Shown here: positions 44,061 through 53,729 of the stretch, one piece after another | Position numbering within the stretch: the first letter of the stretch is position 1 | How the letters are laid out: every line of letters begins with the position of its first letter | Source: an uncultured Gemmatimonadales bacterium | GTDB lineage: Bacteria; Gemmatimonadota; Gemmatimonadetes; Longimicrobiales; RSA9 | NCBI GenBank assembly: GCA_963708135.1 | Contig: OY970192.1 | Span: 2,432,001 to 2,496,000 of the forward strand | Reading direction: 5' to 3' | DNA: 64,000 nucleotides | Notes under the pieces: generated by a model | What the model saw: only the letters and a program-made list of their open reading frames with translations | Database searches by the model: none | What the model was told of the DNA's origin: nothing | Program-made: the position numbers and the translations under genes

Positions 44061-46526
44061 ATGACCCTGCCCCGCAGCGACGGCTCCGGCTCCCTCGAGG
44101 TGACCGACCCCGGTGCCGGCGCGATGCCCCGGTCCCGGCCGGGAGCCGGCGCTGCGATGGTGCCGCCCCGCCCCTCCACCCGGCCCCGGCTCGCCGCAGG
44201 CATACGGCGCGTCGCGCGCGAGGGCGCCAGCACGACCCTGGCCCGGTACGCCGTCGCGGTGCTCGCCACGGCCCTCGCCGCCGGCGTGAGCTGGCTGGGG
44301 CGCGGGGCGCTCGCGCCCACGCCGTTCCTGCTTCTCTTCCCGGCCGTGACCGTGGCCGCGTGGGCCGGCGGCGTCGGGCCGGGGCTGCTCGCGGCGCTCC
44401 TCTGCGTGCTCTCGGCGGACTACCTCTTCCTCCCCCCGATCGGCGCCTTCGAGCTCCACTGGCTGGATGACGCCCTGCGGCTCGCCGTCTTCCTCGCCGT
44501 GGCCATGCTCGTGGGCGCCCTGACCGGCTCGGCGTCGCGCGCGCGCCGGGAGGCCGAGGCCCGCGAGGAGGACGCCCGCCGCTACGCGGCGGAGCTCGAG
44601 CAGCAAGGCGCGGAGCTGGAGCAGCAGATGGAGGAGTCGCAGACCCTGCTCGAGGAGGTCGAGGAGCAGCGGACGCTGCTCGAGGCGGCGAACGCGGTGG
44701 CCGAGGCCGAGCGGGAGCGCATGCTCTTCATGCTCCAGGCGAGCCGCACGCTCGCCGGCTCTCTCGACTACGCCGCCACCCTGGCCGCCGTCGCCGCCGC
44801 GGCGGTGCCCGGCTTCGCCGACTGGTGCGCCGTGGACGTGCTTCCCGACCCCGAATCGGCCGAATGGCCGCCGCGCCTCGAGCGCCTGGCCGTCGCCCAC
44901 AGGGATCCGGCGAAGGAGCAGGTCGCGGAGTCGCTCAGGCGCCACAGCGCCACCGACTGGGACGCGCCGACCGGACTGTCGCACGTGCTGCGGACGGGCG
45001 AGGCCGAGTACTGGCCCGAGGTCACGGACAGCGTGCTCCGCTCCGTCGCGAGCGACGAGGCGCACCTCGAGCTTCTGCGCGAGATCGGCTTCGCGTCCGT
45101 GATCATCGCGCCGCTCAGCGCGCGCGGCGTGACCCTCGGCGCCCTCACGCTCGTCATGGCCGAGTCCGAGCGGCGCTTCGACCGGGACGACCTCGCCCTC
45201 GCGCAGGAGCTCGCCGCCCGCGCCGCCACGGCCATCGACAACGCCCGCCTCTTCGCCCGCGCCCGCGAAGCCCGCGCCGCGGCCGAGCAGCTGGCCGAGC
45301 GCCACTCGCACCTGCACCGCATCGCGGCCGCGCTCTCCAGCGCCACCACCCCCGCCCGCGTGGCGCAGCTGGTCATCGAGGAGGGCATGGAGGCCAAGGG
45401 CGCCGCGGCCGCCACCGTCCTCGTCGTGGACGCCGCGCGGACGGCGTTCAGTCCCCTGGCCCGCACCGGCTTCGGCCGCGCGGTCGCCGAACGCTACGCG
45501 AGCTTCCCGCTCCGCGCCGGCGGCCCCGCCTCCGACGCCGTGCTCGAGGACCGTCCGGTGCTCGTAGAATCGCTGGAGCGGGCGCGCGCGGCGGGCTACG
45601 AGGAGCTCGCGGCATCTCTGGAGGCGGACGGCCACGGCTCCTTCGCGGCCGTGCCGATCCACCTCGAGGGCGGCGTGCTCGGCGCGCTGGCCTTCAGCTT
45701 TCCGGGTCCGCGCGTCTTCGACGACGCCGCGGTCACGTTCATGCGCACCCTGGCCGACCTGTGCGGCGCGACGCTCGAGCGCGCCCGCCTCTACGAGCGC
45801 GCCCAGGCCGCGCGCGCGGAGGCCGAGGAGGCCAACCGCGCCAAGGCCCAGTTCCTGACCGTGATGTCCCACGAGCTGCGCACGCCGCTGAACGCCATCA
45901 CCGGCTACACGCAGATCCTCGAGCTGGGCGTGCACGGTCCCACCACGGAGAAGCAGCGCCAGTCACTGGCCCGCATCCACGCGAGCGCTCGCCTCCAGCT
46001 CAACCTCATCAACCAGGTGCTGAACTTCGCCAAGGTCGAGGCCGGCCACCTGGAGGCCATCGCCGAGCCGACCGCCCTCGTGCCGCTGCTGGAGGAGATG
46101 GGCGAGCTGGTCCAGCCCCAGATCGAGGAGCGCGCCCAGCGCTATACCCTCGAGCCCTGCCCCGGCGACCCCGTCATCCGCACCGACGGCGAGAAGCTCC
46201 GCCAGGTGCTGCTCAACCTCCTCACGAACGCCAGCAAGTTCACCCCCACGGGCGGCGAGATCCGGCTCGCTTGCGAGGCCGGCCCCGACCAGCTCCGCAT
46301 CCACGTCGACGATTCCGGGCCCGGCATCCCGCCCGGCCAGCGCGACCGCGTCTTCGAGCCCTTCATCCAGCTTGGCCGCAATCTCACCAGCGCCCATCAG
46401 GGCACCGGCCTCGGCCTCTCCATCAGCCGCGACCTCGCCCGTCTCCTTGGCGGCGACCTCCGGGTGGCGGACCGGCCGGACGGCCCCGGCGCCCGCTTCA
46501 CGATCGAGCTGAACGCCGGGGAATAG
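44061..46526 (+). CDS. sensor histidine kinase (DUF4118 membrane domain, two GAF domains, HisKA, HATPase)
   Basis: Four TMs with PFLLLFPAV...DYLFLPP; GAF motifs ADWCAVD and AIDNARL; SHELRTPLNAI, NLLTNASKFT, GTGLGL. Start uncertain. Confidence 0.9.
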   Translation: MTLPRSDGSGSLEVTDPGAGAMPRSRPGAGAAMVPPRPSTRPRLAAGIRRVAREGASTTLARYAVAVLATALAAGVSWLGRGALAPTPFLLLFPAVTVAAWAGGVGPGLLAALLCVLSADYLFLPPIGAFELHWLDDALRLAVFLAVAMLVGALTGSASRARREAEAREEDARRYAAELEQQGAELEQQMEESQTLLEEVEEQRTLLEAANAVAEAERERMLFMLQASRTLAGSLDYAATLAAVAAAAVPGFADWCAVDVLPDPESAEWPPRLERLAVAHRDPAKEQVAESLRRHSATDWDAPTGLSHVLRTGEAEYWPEVTDSVLRSVASDEAHLELLREIGFASVIIAPLSARGVTLGALTLVMAESERRFDRDDLALAQELAARAATAIDNARLFARAREARAAAEQLAERHSHLHRIAAALSSATTPARVAQLVIEEGMEAKGAAAATVLVVDAARTAFSPLARTGFGRAVAERYASFPLRAGGPASDAVLEDRPVLVESLERARAAGYEELAASLEADGHGSFAAVPIHLEGGVLGALAFSFPGPRVFDDAAVTFMRTLADLCGATLERARLYERAQAARAEAEEANRAKAQFLTVMSHELRTPLNAITGYTQILELGVHGPTTEKQRQSLARIHASARLQLNLINQVLNFAKVEAGHLEAIAEPTALVPLLEEMGELVQPQIEERAQRYTLEPCPGDPVIRTDGEKLRQVLLNLLTNASKFTPTGGEIRLACEAGPDQLRIHVDDSGPGIPPGQRDRVFEPFIQLGRNLTSAHQGTGLGLSISRDLARLLGGDLRVADRPDGPGARFTIELNAGE

Positions 46527-46562
46527 AGGCGCGCGGTCGGGGGCGCCGGGCGGTCGCCCGCG

Positions 46563-49001
46563 CTACTCCTGCCGGAGTGCCTCCACGGGGTCCACGCGCA
46601 TCGCGCGCAGCGCGGGGACGAGGGTGGCCAGGAGCGCGGCGGCGGCGAGCGTGGCGGAGACCGCCACGAAGGTGACGGGATCCGTCGCCGGGACGGCGAA
46701 GAGCTGGCTGGCGATGAGGCGGGTCAGCCCGAAGGCGCCGGCGAGCCCGATGGCCAGCCCCACGAGGGTGATCGCGGCGCCCTCGCGCAGCACGAGGCCG
46801 AGCACCCGGCCCGGCGCCGCGCCGAGCGCGATCCGGATCCCGAGCTCGCGCGAGCGCTGCGTCACCATGTGCGACATGATGCCGTAGATCCCGAGGCCGG
46901 CCAGGCCGAGCGCGAGGCCGGCGAAGAGGCCGAGCAGCACGGTGGTCAGGCGCCGCTGCCCGAGCGACTCGGCGATCATTGCGTCCATCGTGTTCACGTC
47001 CGAGATCGGCTGCGCCGGATCGATGTCCTCGATCGCCCGGCGCACCGTGGCCGTCATGCGCAGCGGATCGCCGGCGGTGCGCACGGCGAACGTCTCGAAG
47101 GGCAGCCCGCCGAAAGCCGCGGCCGCCTCGGCGGGCGGGAAGTAGAGCTGGACCCTGTGCTCCGCGGTGAGCCCCTCCTGCGCGGCGTGGGCCACCACCC
47201 CCACGACCGTGATCCAGTGGGCCGAGTCGGAGGGCGAGTCGAACGTGATCCGCTTACCGACCGGATCGTCGCCCGGCCAGTAGCGCCGCGCCATCTCCTG
47301 GTCCACCACGACCACCGGCGCCGCGCCGGCCCGGTCCTGCGTGCCGATGAAGCGGCCGCGGATGAGCGGGAGCCGCATGGCGCGGGCGAAGCCCGTGCTG
47401 GCCACGCGGATGTCGCCCCACGGGCCCGGCTGTCCCGGGGGCGGGGTGTAGCCCTCCACGGTGAAGCTGCCGGTGGACCAGCCGCCGCTGAACGGCAGGT
47501 TCGAGGTCATTCCCACGGCGACGACGCCCGGCGTGCTGCGCAGCCGCTCGAGGGTCCGGTCCCAGAACGCGATCTGTGCGGTATCCAATGGGTAGCCCGC
47601 CTTCGGCAGCGCGATGCTGAACGTCAGCAGGTGGTGCGGATCGAAGCCCGGGTCCACCCCCTGGATGCGCGCGAAGCTGCGCACCAGCAGCCCCGCCCCG
47701 GCGAGCAGCGTGAGCGCCAGCGCGACCTCGCCCACCACCAGCGCCCGCCGCAGCCTCCGCCCCGCCCGCTCGGACGAGCCGCGCTGCCCCTCCCGCAGCG
47801 TCTCCTGCACATCGGTCCGCGAGGTCTGCAGCGCCGGCGCCAGCCCGAAGAGCAGCCCCGTCGCCACGGCCACGAGCAGCGTGAAGCCGAGGACTCTGCC
47901 GCTCACGTGGATGTCCATCCCCGCCACGGCCGCGGGACCGAGCGCCGTGATCGCGTGCAGCCCCCACGAGGCCAGCAGCAGCCCGAGCCCGGCGCCCGCC
48001 AGCGAGAGCAGCAGGCTTTCCGTCATGAGCTGCCGGATGAGCGCGCGGCGCGACGCCCCCATGGCCGTCCGCACCGCGATCTCCCGGGCGCGTCCCGAGG
48101 CCCGCGCCAGCAGCAGGTTGGCCACGTTCGCGCACGCGATGAGCAGCACGAACCCCACGGCGCCGAGCAGCACCAGCAGCGCGCCGCGCACGTCGCCCTT
48201 GGCCTTCTCGTCCAGGGTCGTGACCAGCAGCCCCCATTTCGGCGGGTAGGTGCCGGGATTGTCCCGCTTGAGCCGCTCGGCGAAGGCGGCCATCTCGCGC
48301 CGGGCCTGCGCCACGCTCACGCCGGGCTTGAGCCGTGCCGAGAGGCTCAGGAACTCGTTCGTGGCGCCCGCCGCGTACTGCTTCGGCGTCAGCGCGACGG
48401 GCCGCCAGAGCTCCGCCCGCCGGTTGAAGAAGCCGTGGAACCCGCGCGGCATCACGCCGATCACCGTGTACGGCGCTCCGTCCAGGCGGATCGTCCGCCC
48501 CACGATCCCCGCATCGGCGCCGAAGCGGCGCCGCCAGAGGCCGTCGCTCAGCACCACGACCTGGTTGTTGCCGGGCTCGTCCTCCGCCGCGGTCCACGTG
48601 CGCCCGAGCGCCGGCGCGATCCCCAGCACCTCGAAGAAGCGCGCCGAGCCCTGTGCGCCGAGCAGCCGCTCCGGCTCGCCGGCGCCCGTGAGGTTCGGTT
48701 GCCAGCCGGTTGACACCGCCACCGACTCGAAGCTGCGCGTATCGTCCCGGTAGTGCCGGAACCCGCTGGCCGAGACCGGCGCCTTCAGGTCGTTCAGCGA
48801 CGGATAGTGGTGCTCGATCGTCACCAGCCGGCCGGGGTCGCGGTACGGCAGCGGCCGCAGGATCAGCGCGTCCACCACGCTGAAGATGGCGGTGTTCGCG
48901 CCGATCCCGAGCGCCAGCGTGAGCACCACGATGAGCGAGAATCCCGGCGCCTTCCTGGTGCGTCGCGCCGCATAACGGAGGTCGTAGAGCAGCGTGTCCA
49001 T
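46563..49001 (-). CDS. ABC permease, duplicated MacB/FtsX type (ADOP-like)
   Basis: DLRYAAR..RKAPGF..TLALGIGANTAIFSVV, LLIACANVANLLLAR, RELGIRIALGA, RVDPVEALRQE. Confidence 0.93.
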   Translation of the reverse strand: MDTLLYDLRYAARRTRKAPGFSLIVVLTLALGIGANTAIFSVVDALILRPLPYRDPGRLVTIEHHYPSLNDLKAPVSASGFRHYRDDTRSFESVAVSTGWQPNLTGAGEPERLLGAQGSARFFEVLGIAPALGRTWTAAEDEPGNNQVVVLSDGLWRRRFGADAGIVGRTIRLDGAPYTVIGVMPRGFHGFFNRRAELWRPVALTPKQYAAGATNEFLSLSARLKPGVSVAQARREMAAFAERLKRDNPGTYPPKWGLLVTTLDEKAKGDVRGALLVLLGAVGFVLLIACANVANLLLARASGRAREIAVRTAMGASRRALIRQLMTESLLLSLAGAGLGLLLASWGLHAITALGPAAVAGMDIHVSGRVLGFTLLVAVATGLLFGLAPALQTSRTDVQETLREGQRGSSERAGRRLRRALVVGEVALALTLLAGAGLLVRSFARIQGVDPGFDPHHLLTFSIALPKAGYPLDTAQIAFWDRTLERLRSTPGVVAVGMTSNLPFSGGWSTGSFTVEGYTPPPGQPGPWGDIRVASTGFARAMRLPLIRGRFIGTQDRAGAAPVVVVDQEMARRYWPGDDPVGKRITFDSPSDSAHWITVVGVVAHAAQEGLTAEHRVQLYFPPAEAAAAFGGLPFETFAVRTAGDPLRMTATVRRAIEDIDPAQPISDVNTMDAMIAESLGQRRLTTVLLGLFAGLALGLAGLGIYGIMSHMVTQRSRELGIRIALGAAPGRVLGLVLREGAAITLVGLAIGLAGAFGLTRLIASQLFAVPATDPVTFVAVSATLAAAALLATLVPALRAMRVDPVEALRQE

Positions 49002-49191
49002 GGGCGTGCCGGGCAAGAGGAGAGCGGGAGTCGTCGCTCCTCGCTGGCGAGGCGTGTGCCAGGCTGCAAGATGCTGGGTTGGAAGGACTCGGAGGCCAGG
49101 AGAGCGAGCAGGGCTGCGCGCGGGCGGACACCGCCGTCCCGGATCCGGACGCGACGCCGGGCCGCCCCGCGCGCGGGATCCGGCGGTCCAC

Positions 49192-50391
49192 CTAGGCCCG
49201 CAGCGCCTCGATCCGGTCGATCACGTGCTCGGCGAACGGGAGGGCGGACGTGAACGCGGGCGAGACCGCGTTCAATATGTGAAAGGAGTGGTCGTCGCCT
49301 TCGTAGCGGAAGTCCATCTCCAGCCGGCCCGTGCGGGTGTCCAGCAGCTGCGCGCGGATCCCCGGCCGCCCCCACCTCGGATAGTCCGCCGCGTGGACGC
49401 CCCGGACCAGCTCGCCGGCCTCGCGGACGAGCCGCCGCCGGAACTGTTTCCTGAGCTCCTGGAGCGCGATGCGCCGGAAGCCGAAGCGGTCGGTGAGGAA
49501 CAGCAGCGCGTCGCGCCCGGCCACCTCCACCAGCTCGCGCGCCCGGAAGCGGGCCAGACCGCCGTAGTGCTCGCGCCAGAACGCCGGCGTGGCCGTCGGC
49601 CCGATCTTGGCCGCACCCTCGACCGTGACCGTCCAGTGCACCCCCAGCCAGGGGTTGCCCAGGTTCGGGACCGGGTAGATGTGCGTCCGCAGCGTGGCCG
49701 CTCCGGGGCGGGAATGGAGGTAGAGGCCGCGGAACGGCAGGATCGTGAGGTCGCGCGAGAAGCCCCAGCCGCGCGCGATCCGGTCCGCGTACAGCCCGGC
49801 CGCGTTGATCACGTAGCCGGGCTCGAGGTCCCCCCCGCTCGTGCGCACCCGGCCGCCCGCCCTCCCCGTGTACGCAGTCCCGAGCCGCACATCGATCCCG
49901 GCCGCGCGCGCGTCCGCCAGCAACGCGCCCACCACCCGCCCCGGATCCACGGACGAGGTCGTCGGCGACCACAGCGCCCGCCCCGCCGTCCGCACGCGCG
50001 GCTCGATCTCGCGCGCCTCCGCCTCGTCCACCCCGGCGAGCTCCACGCCGTTCGCCTTCCCCCGCCGCAGCAGCTCGTCCAGCCCCGCGTGCTCCGTCTC
50101 GTCCCGCGCCACCACCAGCTTGCCGCAACGCCGGATCGGCAGCCCCCGCTCCACGCAGTACTCCGTCAGGCGACGATTGCCTTCCCGGCACAACCTCGCC
50201 TTCAGGCTCTCCGCCGTGTAATAGAATCCCGCGTGCAGCACCCCGCTGTTCCGGCCGCTCGCGTGCAGCCCGCACCCGGCCTCCTTCTCGAGCACCACGA
50301 TGCGCGCCGCCCCCATCCGGCGTCGCGCCTCCAGCGCCACGGCAAGGCCGACGATGCCGCCCCCGATCACCAGGATGTCAGGTCGTTCCAT
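49192..50391 (-). CDS. lhgO: L-2-hydroxyglutarate oxidase-family FAD oxidoreductase
   Basis: IGGGIVG, HASGRNSGVLHAGFYY, IYPVP..LGVH, GIRAQ, NAVSPAFTS. Confidence 0.85.
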   Translation of the reverse strand: MERPDILVIGGGIVGLAVALEARRRMGAARIVVLEKEAGCGLHASGRNSGVLHAGFYYTAESLKARLCREGNRRLTEYCVERGLPIRRCGKLVVARDETEHAGLDELLRRGKANGVELAGVDEAEAREIEPRVRTAGRALWSPTTSSVDPGRVVGALLADARAAGIDVRLGTAYTGRAGGRVRTSGGDLEPGYVINAAGLYADRIARGWGFSRDLTILPFRGLYLHSRPGAATLRTHIYPVPNLGNPWLGVHWTVTVEGAAKIGPTATPAFWREHYGGLARFRARELVEVAGRDALLFLTDRFGFRRIALQELRKQFRRRLVREAGELVRGVHAADYPRWGRPGIRAQLLDTRTGRLEMDFRYEGDDHSFHILNAVSPAFTSALPFAEHVIDRIEALRA

Positions 50392-50530
50392 GGCTCGAAA
50401 ACAGGGTGGGGGTGGGGGTATGGGTGGGGGAGAGGGTGGGGGGGAGGGCGGGGGCGGGGGAACCGGGGGACTCGCCGTGTCCCTGCAGAGGCGCCACCCC
50501 GACTCTCCCTGCCCCCCGGTTCGAAGAGGT

Positions 50531-50938
50531 TTACCCCTCGTTCTTGTTCATGACCACCTTGGTCGGTGTGGCCGGCTTCAGGTCCACCTGGTGGTGGATC
50601 GGCGCCGGCTGGTCGGGGACCTTCCCCAGGATCTCGAAGCTGTCAGAGCCGTGGTTCGGGATCGTGAACCGCACCGTCCCGCCCGGTGGTACCGGGCCGA
50701 GCGCCGTCACCACGCCGCCCGTGTTGTACGACACGTCCATCGTCTGGTCCGTCGGGTTCACCACGTCCACGACGAACGCCGCGCCCGCGGATGCCGGCGC
50801 CTGGCTCGCGCTCGGCAGGTTGCTGTTCGACGGCATGTGCGCACAGCCCGCGAACGCCCACGTCATCGCGCCGACCGCGACGAGCAGCGTCAACAGCGCG
50901 GCCAGCCGAGGCCGCCGTGAGTTCTCCGTCTTTCGCAT
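50531..50938 (-). CDS. hypothetical lipoprotein
   Basis: Signal with lipobox FAGC; small beta-rich domain. Confidence 0.7.
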   Translation of the reverse strand: MRKTENSRRPRLAALLTLLVAVGAMTWAFAGCAHMPSNSNLPSASQAPASAGAAFVVDVVNPTDQTMDVSYNTGGVVTALGPVPPGGTVRFTIPNHGSDSFEILGKVPDQPAPIHHQVDLKPATPTKVVMNKNEG

Positions 50939-51193
50939 GATCGCTCCTCTGTTGTGCCCCCTCCGGAACGATCGGCTGCACGTTCCATGCGAAGCACCGA
51001 CGCGCCGCACCCGTCTCTGGCTCAGCCTGCCGGAATCGCCCGCATGTGTGCCTCGTTCCTTCCGCCATCCCGCCCCCGCCCCCGCCGTCGCCTGCGCGCC
51101 CCGCGCACCGCGTTCGGGCCGGGCGAGCGGCGGCGCGCCGGAAAGGGTGCCCCGTCTCCCACTCTCCCACTCCCCCACTCCCGCGGCAAGCGC

Positions 51194-53383
51194 CTACCGC
51201 CCTCCCGCCGCCTTCCCGCCGAGCCCGAACTGCCGGTCGAAGAACGCCACCGTCGCGTGGTCCGCGGTGATCCAGGAGGCGTGGCGCAGGAAGCCGTGGA
51301 TCTCGTCGGGGAGCACGAGCTCCTGGAAGGGGATGCCGTGGGCGCGGAGCCGCTGGGCGAGGTCGACGGTCTGGTGGAACTGGACGTTGCGGTCGTCGTC
51401 GCCCTGGATGAGCAGCACGGGGCTGGTCCAGCTGTCGATCGAGGCCACGGGCGAGGACTCCCAGGCGACGCGCTCGGCCTCGGCGCGGTCGCCCTGCTCG
51501 TAGCCGGAGGCCCCGAGCCGGCGCCCCGCGTCGGAGACCCAGTTGTGCACCCCGTGCAGATCCACCCCGGCGGCGAAGATGTCGGAGTTGCGGGCGAGGG
51601 CCATGGCGGTGAGGAAGCCGCCGTAGGAGCCGCCCCAGATGCCGACGCGTTGGGGATCGACCTCCGGCAGGTCGGCCAGGTACTTCCCGCCGGCCTTCAC
51701 GTCCAGGTACTCGGAGGCGCCCCACGGGCCGGCGTGCTCCGGGTGGTGGAACTCGTGGCCGTAGCCGATGCCCAGCCGGTAGTTCACGGACATGACCACG
51801 TAGCCGTGGTTGGCCAGGAACTGGTTCACGGCATAGCCGTTCGTGTAGTAGTCCATGTAGTGCCAGCCGAGCAGCATCTGCCGCGGCGGCCCGCCATGGA
51901 CGAAGATCACGCCCGGCTTCCGGGCCGGCCCGCCGGCGCGCTCGAAGAGCTGGCCGTGCACCTCGGTGCCGTCGGCGGCGTGGAAGATGACCTGCTTCGG
52001 CACGACCAGGGAGGCGGTGGGGAAGTCCGCCGGAATCCGGTCCGCGCCGACCGCCACCGGCTTCCCGCCCGCCGCGTCCATCACCTTCGGCAGCGGCGGC
52101 TCCCTGGCGCCCGCGCCGATGAAGGCGACCTTCGCGCCGTCGCCCGTCACGGCCGGCGTCCACTCGATGCCCTCCCCCGCCGTGAGCACCTGCGGCGCCG
52201 CTCGGTCCACCGGCACGCGCACAATGTGACGCCGGTCAATGTCGGTGGGCAGCGGCCCCTCGTTGCCGCAGAAGTAGAGGTACTTCCGGTCGGGGCTCAT
52301 CGAGACGTACTCGGCCATCCCCTTCCCCGGCGTGAGCAGCATCGGGTCGCCACCCGATGCGGGGATCGAGTAGAGGTGCGGCCAGCCGTCCAGGTCCGCG
52401 AGGAAGACCAGCCGGTCGCCCGCCGCCCAGTCCAGGTTCGGTCCGCCCTCCGTGGTCGGGACCGAGCCGCGCAGCGTCGCCGGGCTCGCCCACACCTCGT
52501 GCCCCTCGCCCGTCGCCACGTCCGCCGTCCAGATCGACCACGGCCGCGGCGTCAGCTGCAGCAGCGGCTCCGGCGCGCCGCCCGCGCCGGCCATCCGCAC
52601 GAACGCGATCCGCTTGCCGTCCGGCGACCAGTGCGGCATGCGGTCCCGGCCGGTCGACGGCGCCAGCCACTCGAGCGGCGTCGAGTCGTTCCGGAAGACG
52701 CCGACGAAGGAGTGGTCGCCCCGGTTCGACACGAACGCCAGCGCGCTGCCGTCCGGCGAGAATACCGGCGAGTCCACGCCGCCGCGCGAGAAGAACAGCC
52801 GCTTGCCGGCCGAGGAGCCGTCCAGCGGCATGCTCCAGAGCGCCCGCCCCTTCTCGTAGACCACCACGTCACCCTTCGGCGAGACGACCGGCGCATCGCC
52901 GTCCGCCAGCAGCTTCGGCGCGCCGCCCGCCGCCGGCACGGCCCAGATCTCCACCTTCGGCTGCACCGGGCTCGACGTCGGGTCCGGCGGCAGGTTGCCC
53001 TCCGCCTGCCAGTTCGAGTCGTGGTCCCCCCCGCGCACGTATACCACCGTGGCGCCGTCCGGCGAGAACGACAGGCTCGTCAGCTCCTGCCCATCGTCCT
53101 CCGTGTACGGCGTCACCTTGCGCGCCTTCCAGTCCGGCGCCTCCGCGACGTAGATGTTGCGGACCCCCTGCTCGTTGAAGACCCAGGCGATCCGCTCCCC
53201 CGTCGGCGCCGCCACCACCTCCTGCGGGTACGGATAGCTCAGCACCTGGTCGAGCGTGAACGAGCCGCCCCGCTGCGCCGCCACGGGCGCCGCGAGGAGC
53301 AGCAGCAGCGGCAGCACGGCACCGGGCCGGGCCCCCTGGACCGGGCGGCGCCCGACGCGCGCCGCGGCCTTCGACTTGGCCAT
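51194..53383 (-). CDS. S9 family peptidase (beta-propeller plus alpha/beta hydrolase)
   Basis: WSPDG repeats, HGGP, GIWGGSYGG, QGDDD, EIHG. Confidence 0.93.
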   Translation of the reverse strand: MAKSKAAARVGRRPVQGARPGAVLPLLLLLAAPVAAQRGGSFTLDQVLSYPYPQEVVAAPTGERIAWVFNEQGVRNIYVAEAPDWKARKVTPYTEDDGQELTSLSFSPDGATVVYVRGGDHDSNWQAEGNLPPDPTSSPVQPKVEIWAVPAAGGAPKLLADGDAPVVSPKGDVVVYEKGRALWSMPLDGSSAGKRLFFSRGGVDSPVFSPDGSALAFVSNRGDHSFVGVFRNDSTPLEWLAPSTGRDRMPHWSPDGKRIAFVRMAGAGGAPEPLLQLTPRPWSIWTADVATGEGHEVWASPATLRGSVPTTEGGPNLDWAAGDRLVFLADLDGWPHLYSIPASGGDPMLLTPGKGMAEYVSMSPDRKYLYFCGNEGPLPTDIDRRHIVRVPVDRAAPQVLTAGEGIEWTPAVTGDGAKVAFIGAGAREPPLPKVMDAAGGKPVAVGADRIPADFPTASLVVPKQVIFHAADGTEVHGQLFERAGGPARKPGVIFVHGGPPRQMLLGWHYMDYYTNGYAVNQFLANHGYVVMSVNYRLGIGYGHEFHHPEHAGPWGASEYLDVKAGGKYLADLPEVDPQRVGIWGGSYGGFLTAMALARNSDIFAAGVDLHGVHNWVSDAGRRLGASGYEQGDRAEAERVAWESSPVASIDSWTSPVLLIQGDDDRNVQFHQTVDLAQRLRAHGIPFQELVLPDEIHGFLRHASWITADHATVAFFDRQFGLGGKAAGGR

Positions 53384-53729
53384 CGCGGAGTCTCCTTCTA
53401 CGGTTGTATACAGGCAGGACCCGCAAAGTAGGCACTCCCCCCGCCCCCCGGCAACCAGTCACCACCACCACCCCCTCGCGATCCCCATCCCGCATCCCGT
53501 CCATCACCCATTGACGCCCGGCAGATTTTCGTCACCTTTGGACGGCGGGACATGCCCCGGCGCACGACGGGACACTCGCCGCCGAACGGCGGACGCGCCC
53601 CGCGGGCGCCGGAGAACCCGCCGACGCAGCCGCGCACGAACGAATCCGCCTCCGGCACTGTCCAACGGGATGGCGGCGCGCGGCGCGCCGGCCCTCGCCC
53701 TGGAACCTACGATGGGAGCCCTCAGGCGC

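Noticed and set aside
46563..49001. Permease without an ATPase partner as a novelty
   Set aside because: Orphan placement is the defining feature of the known ADOP family.
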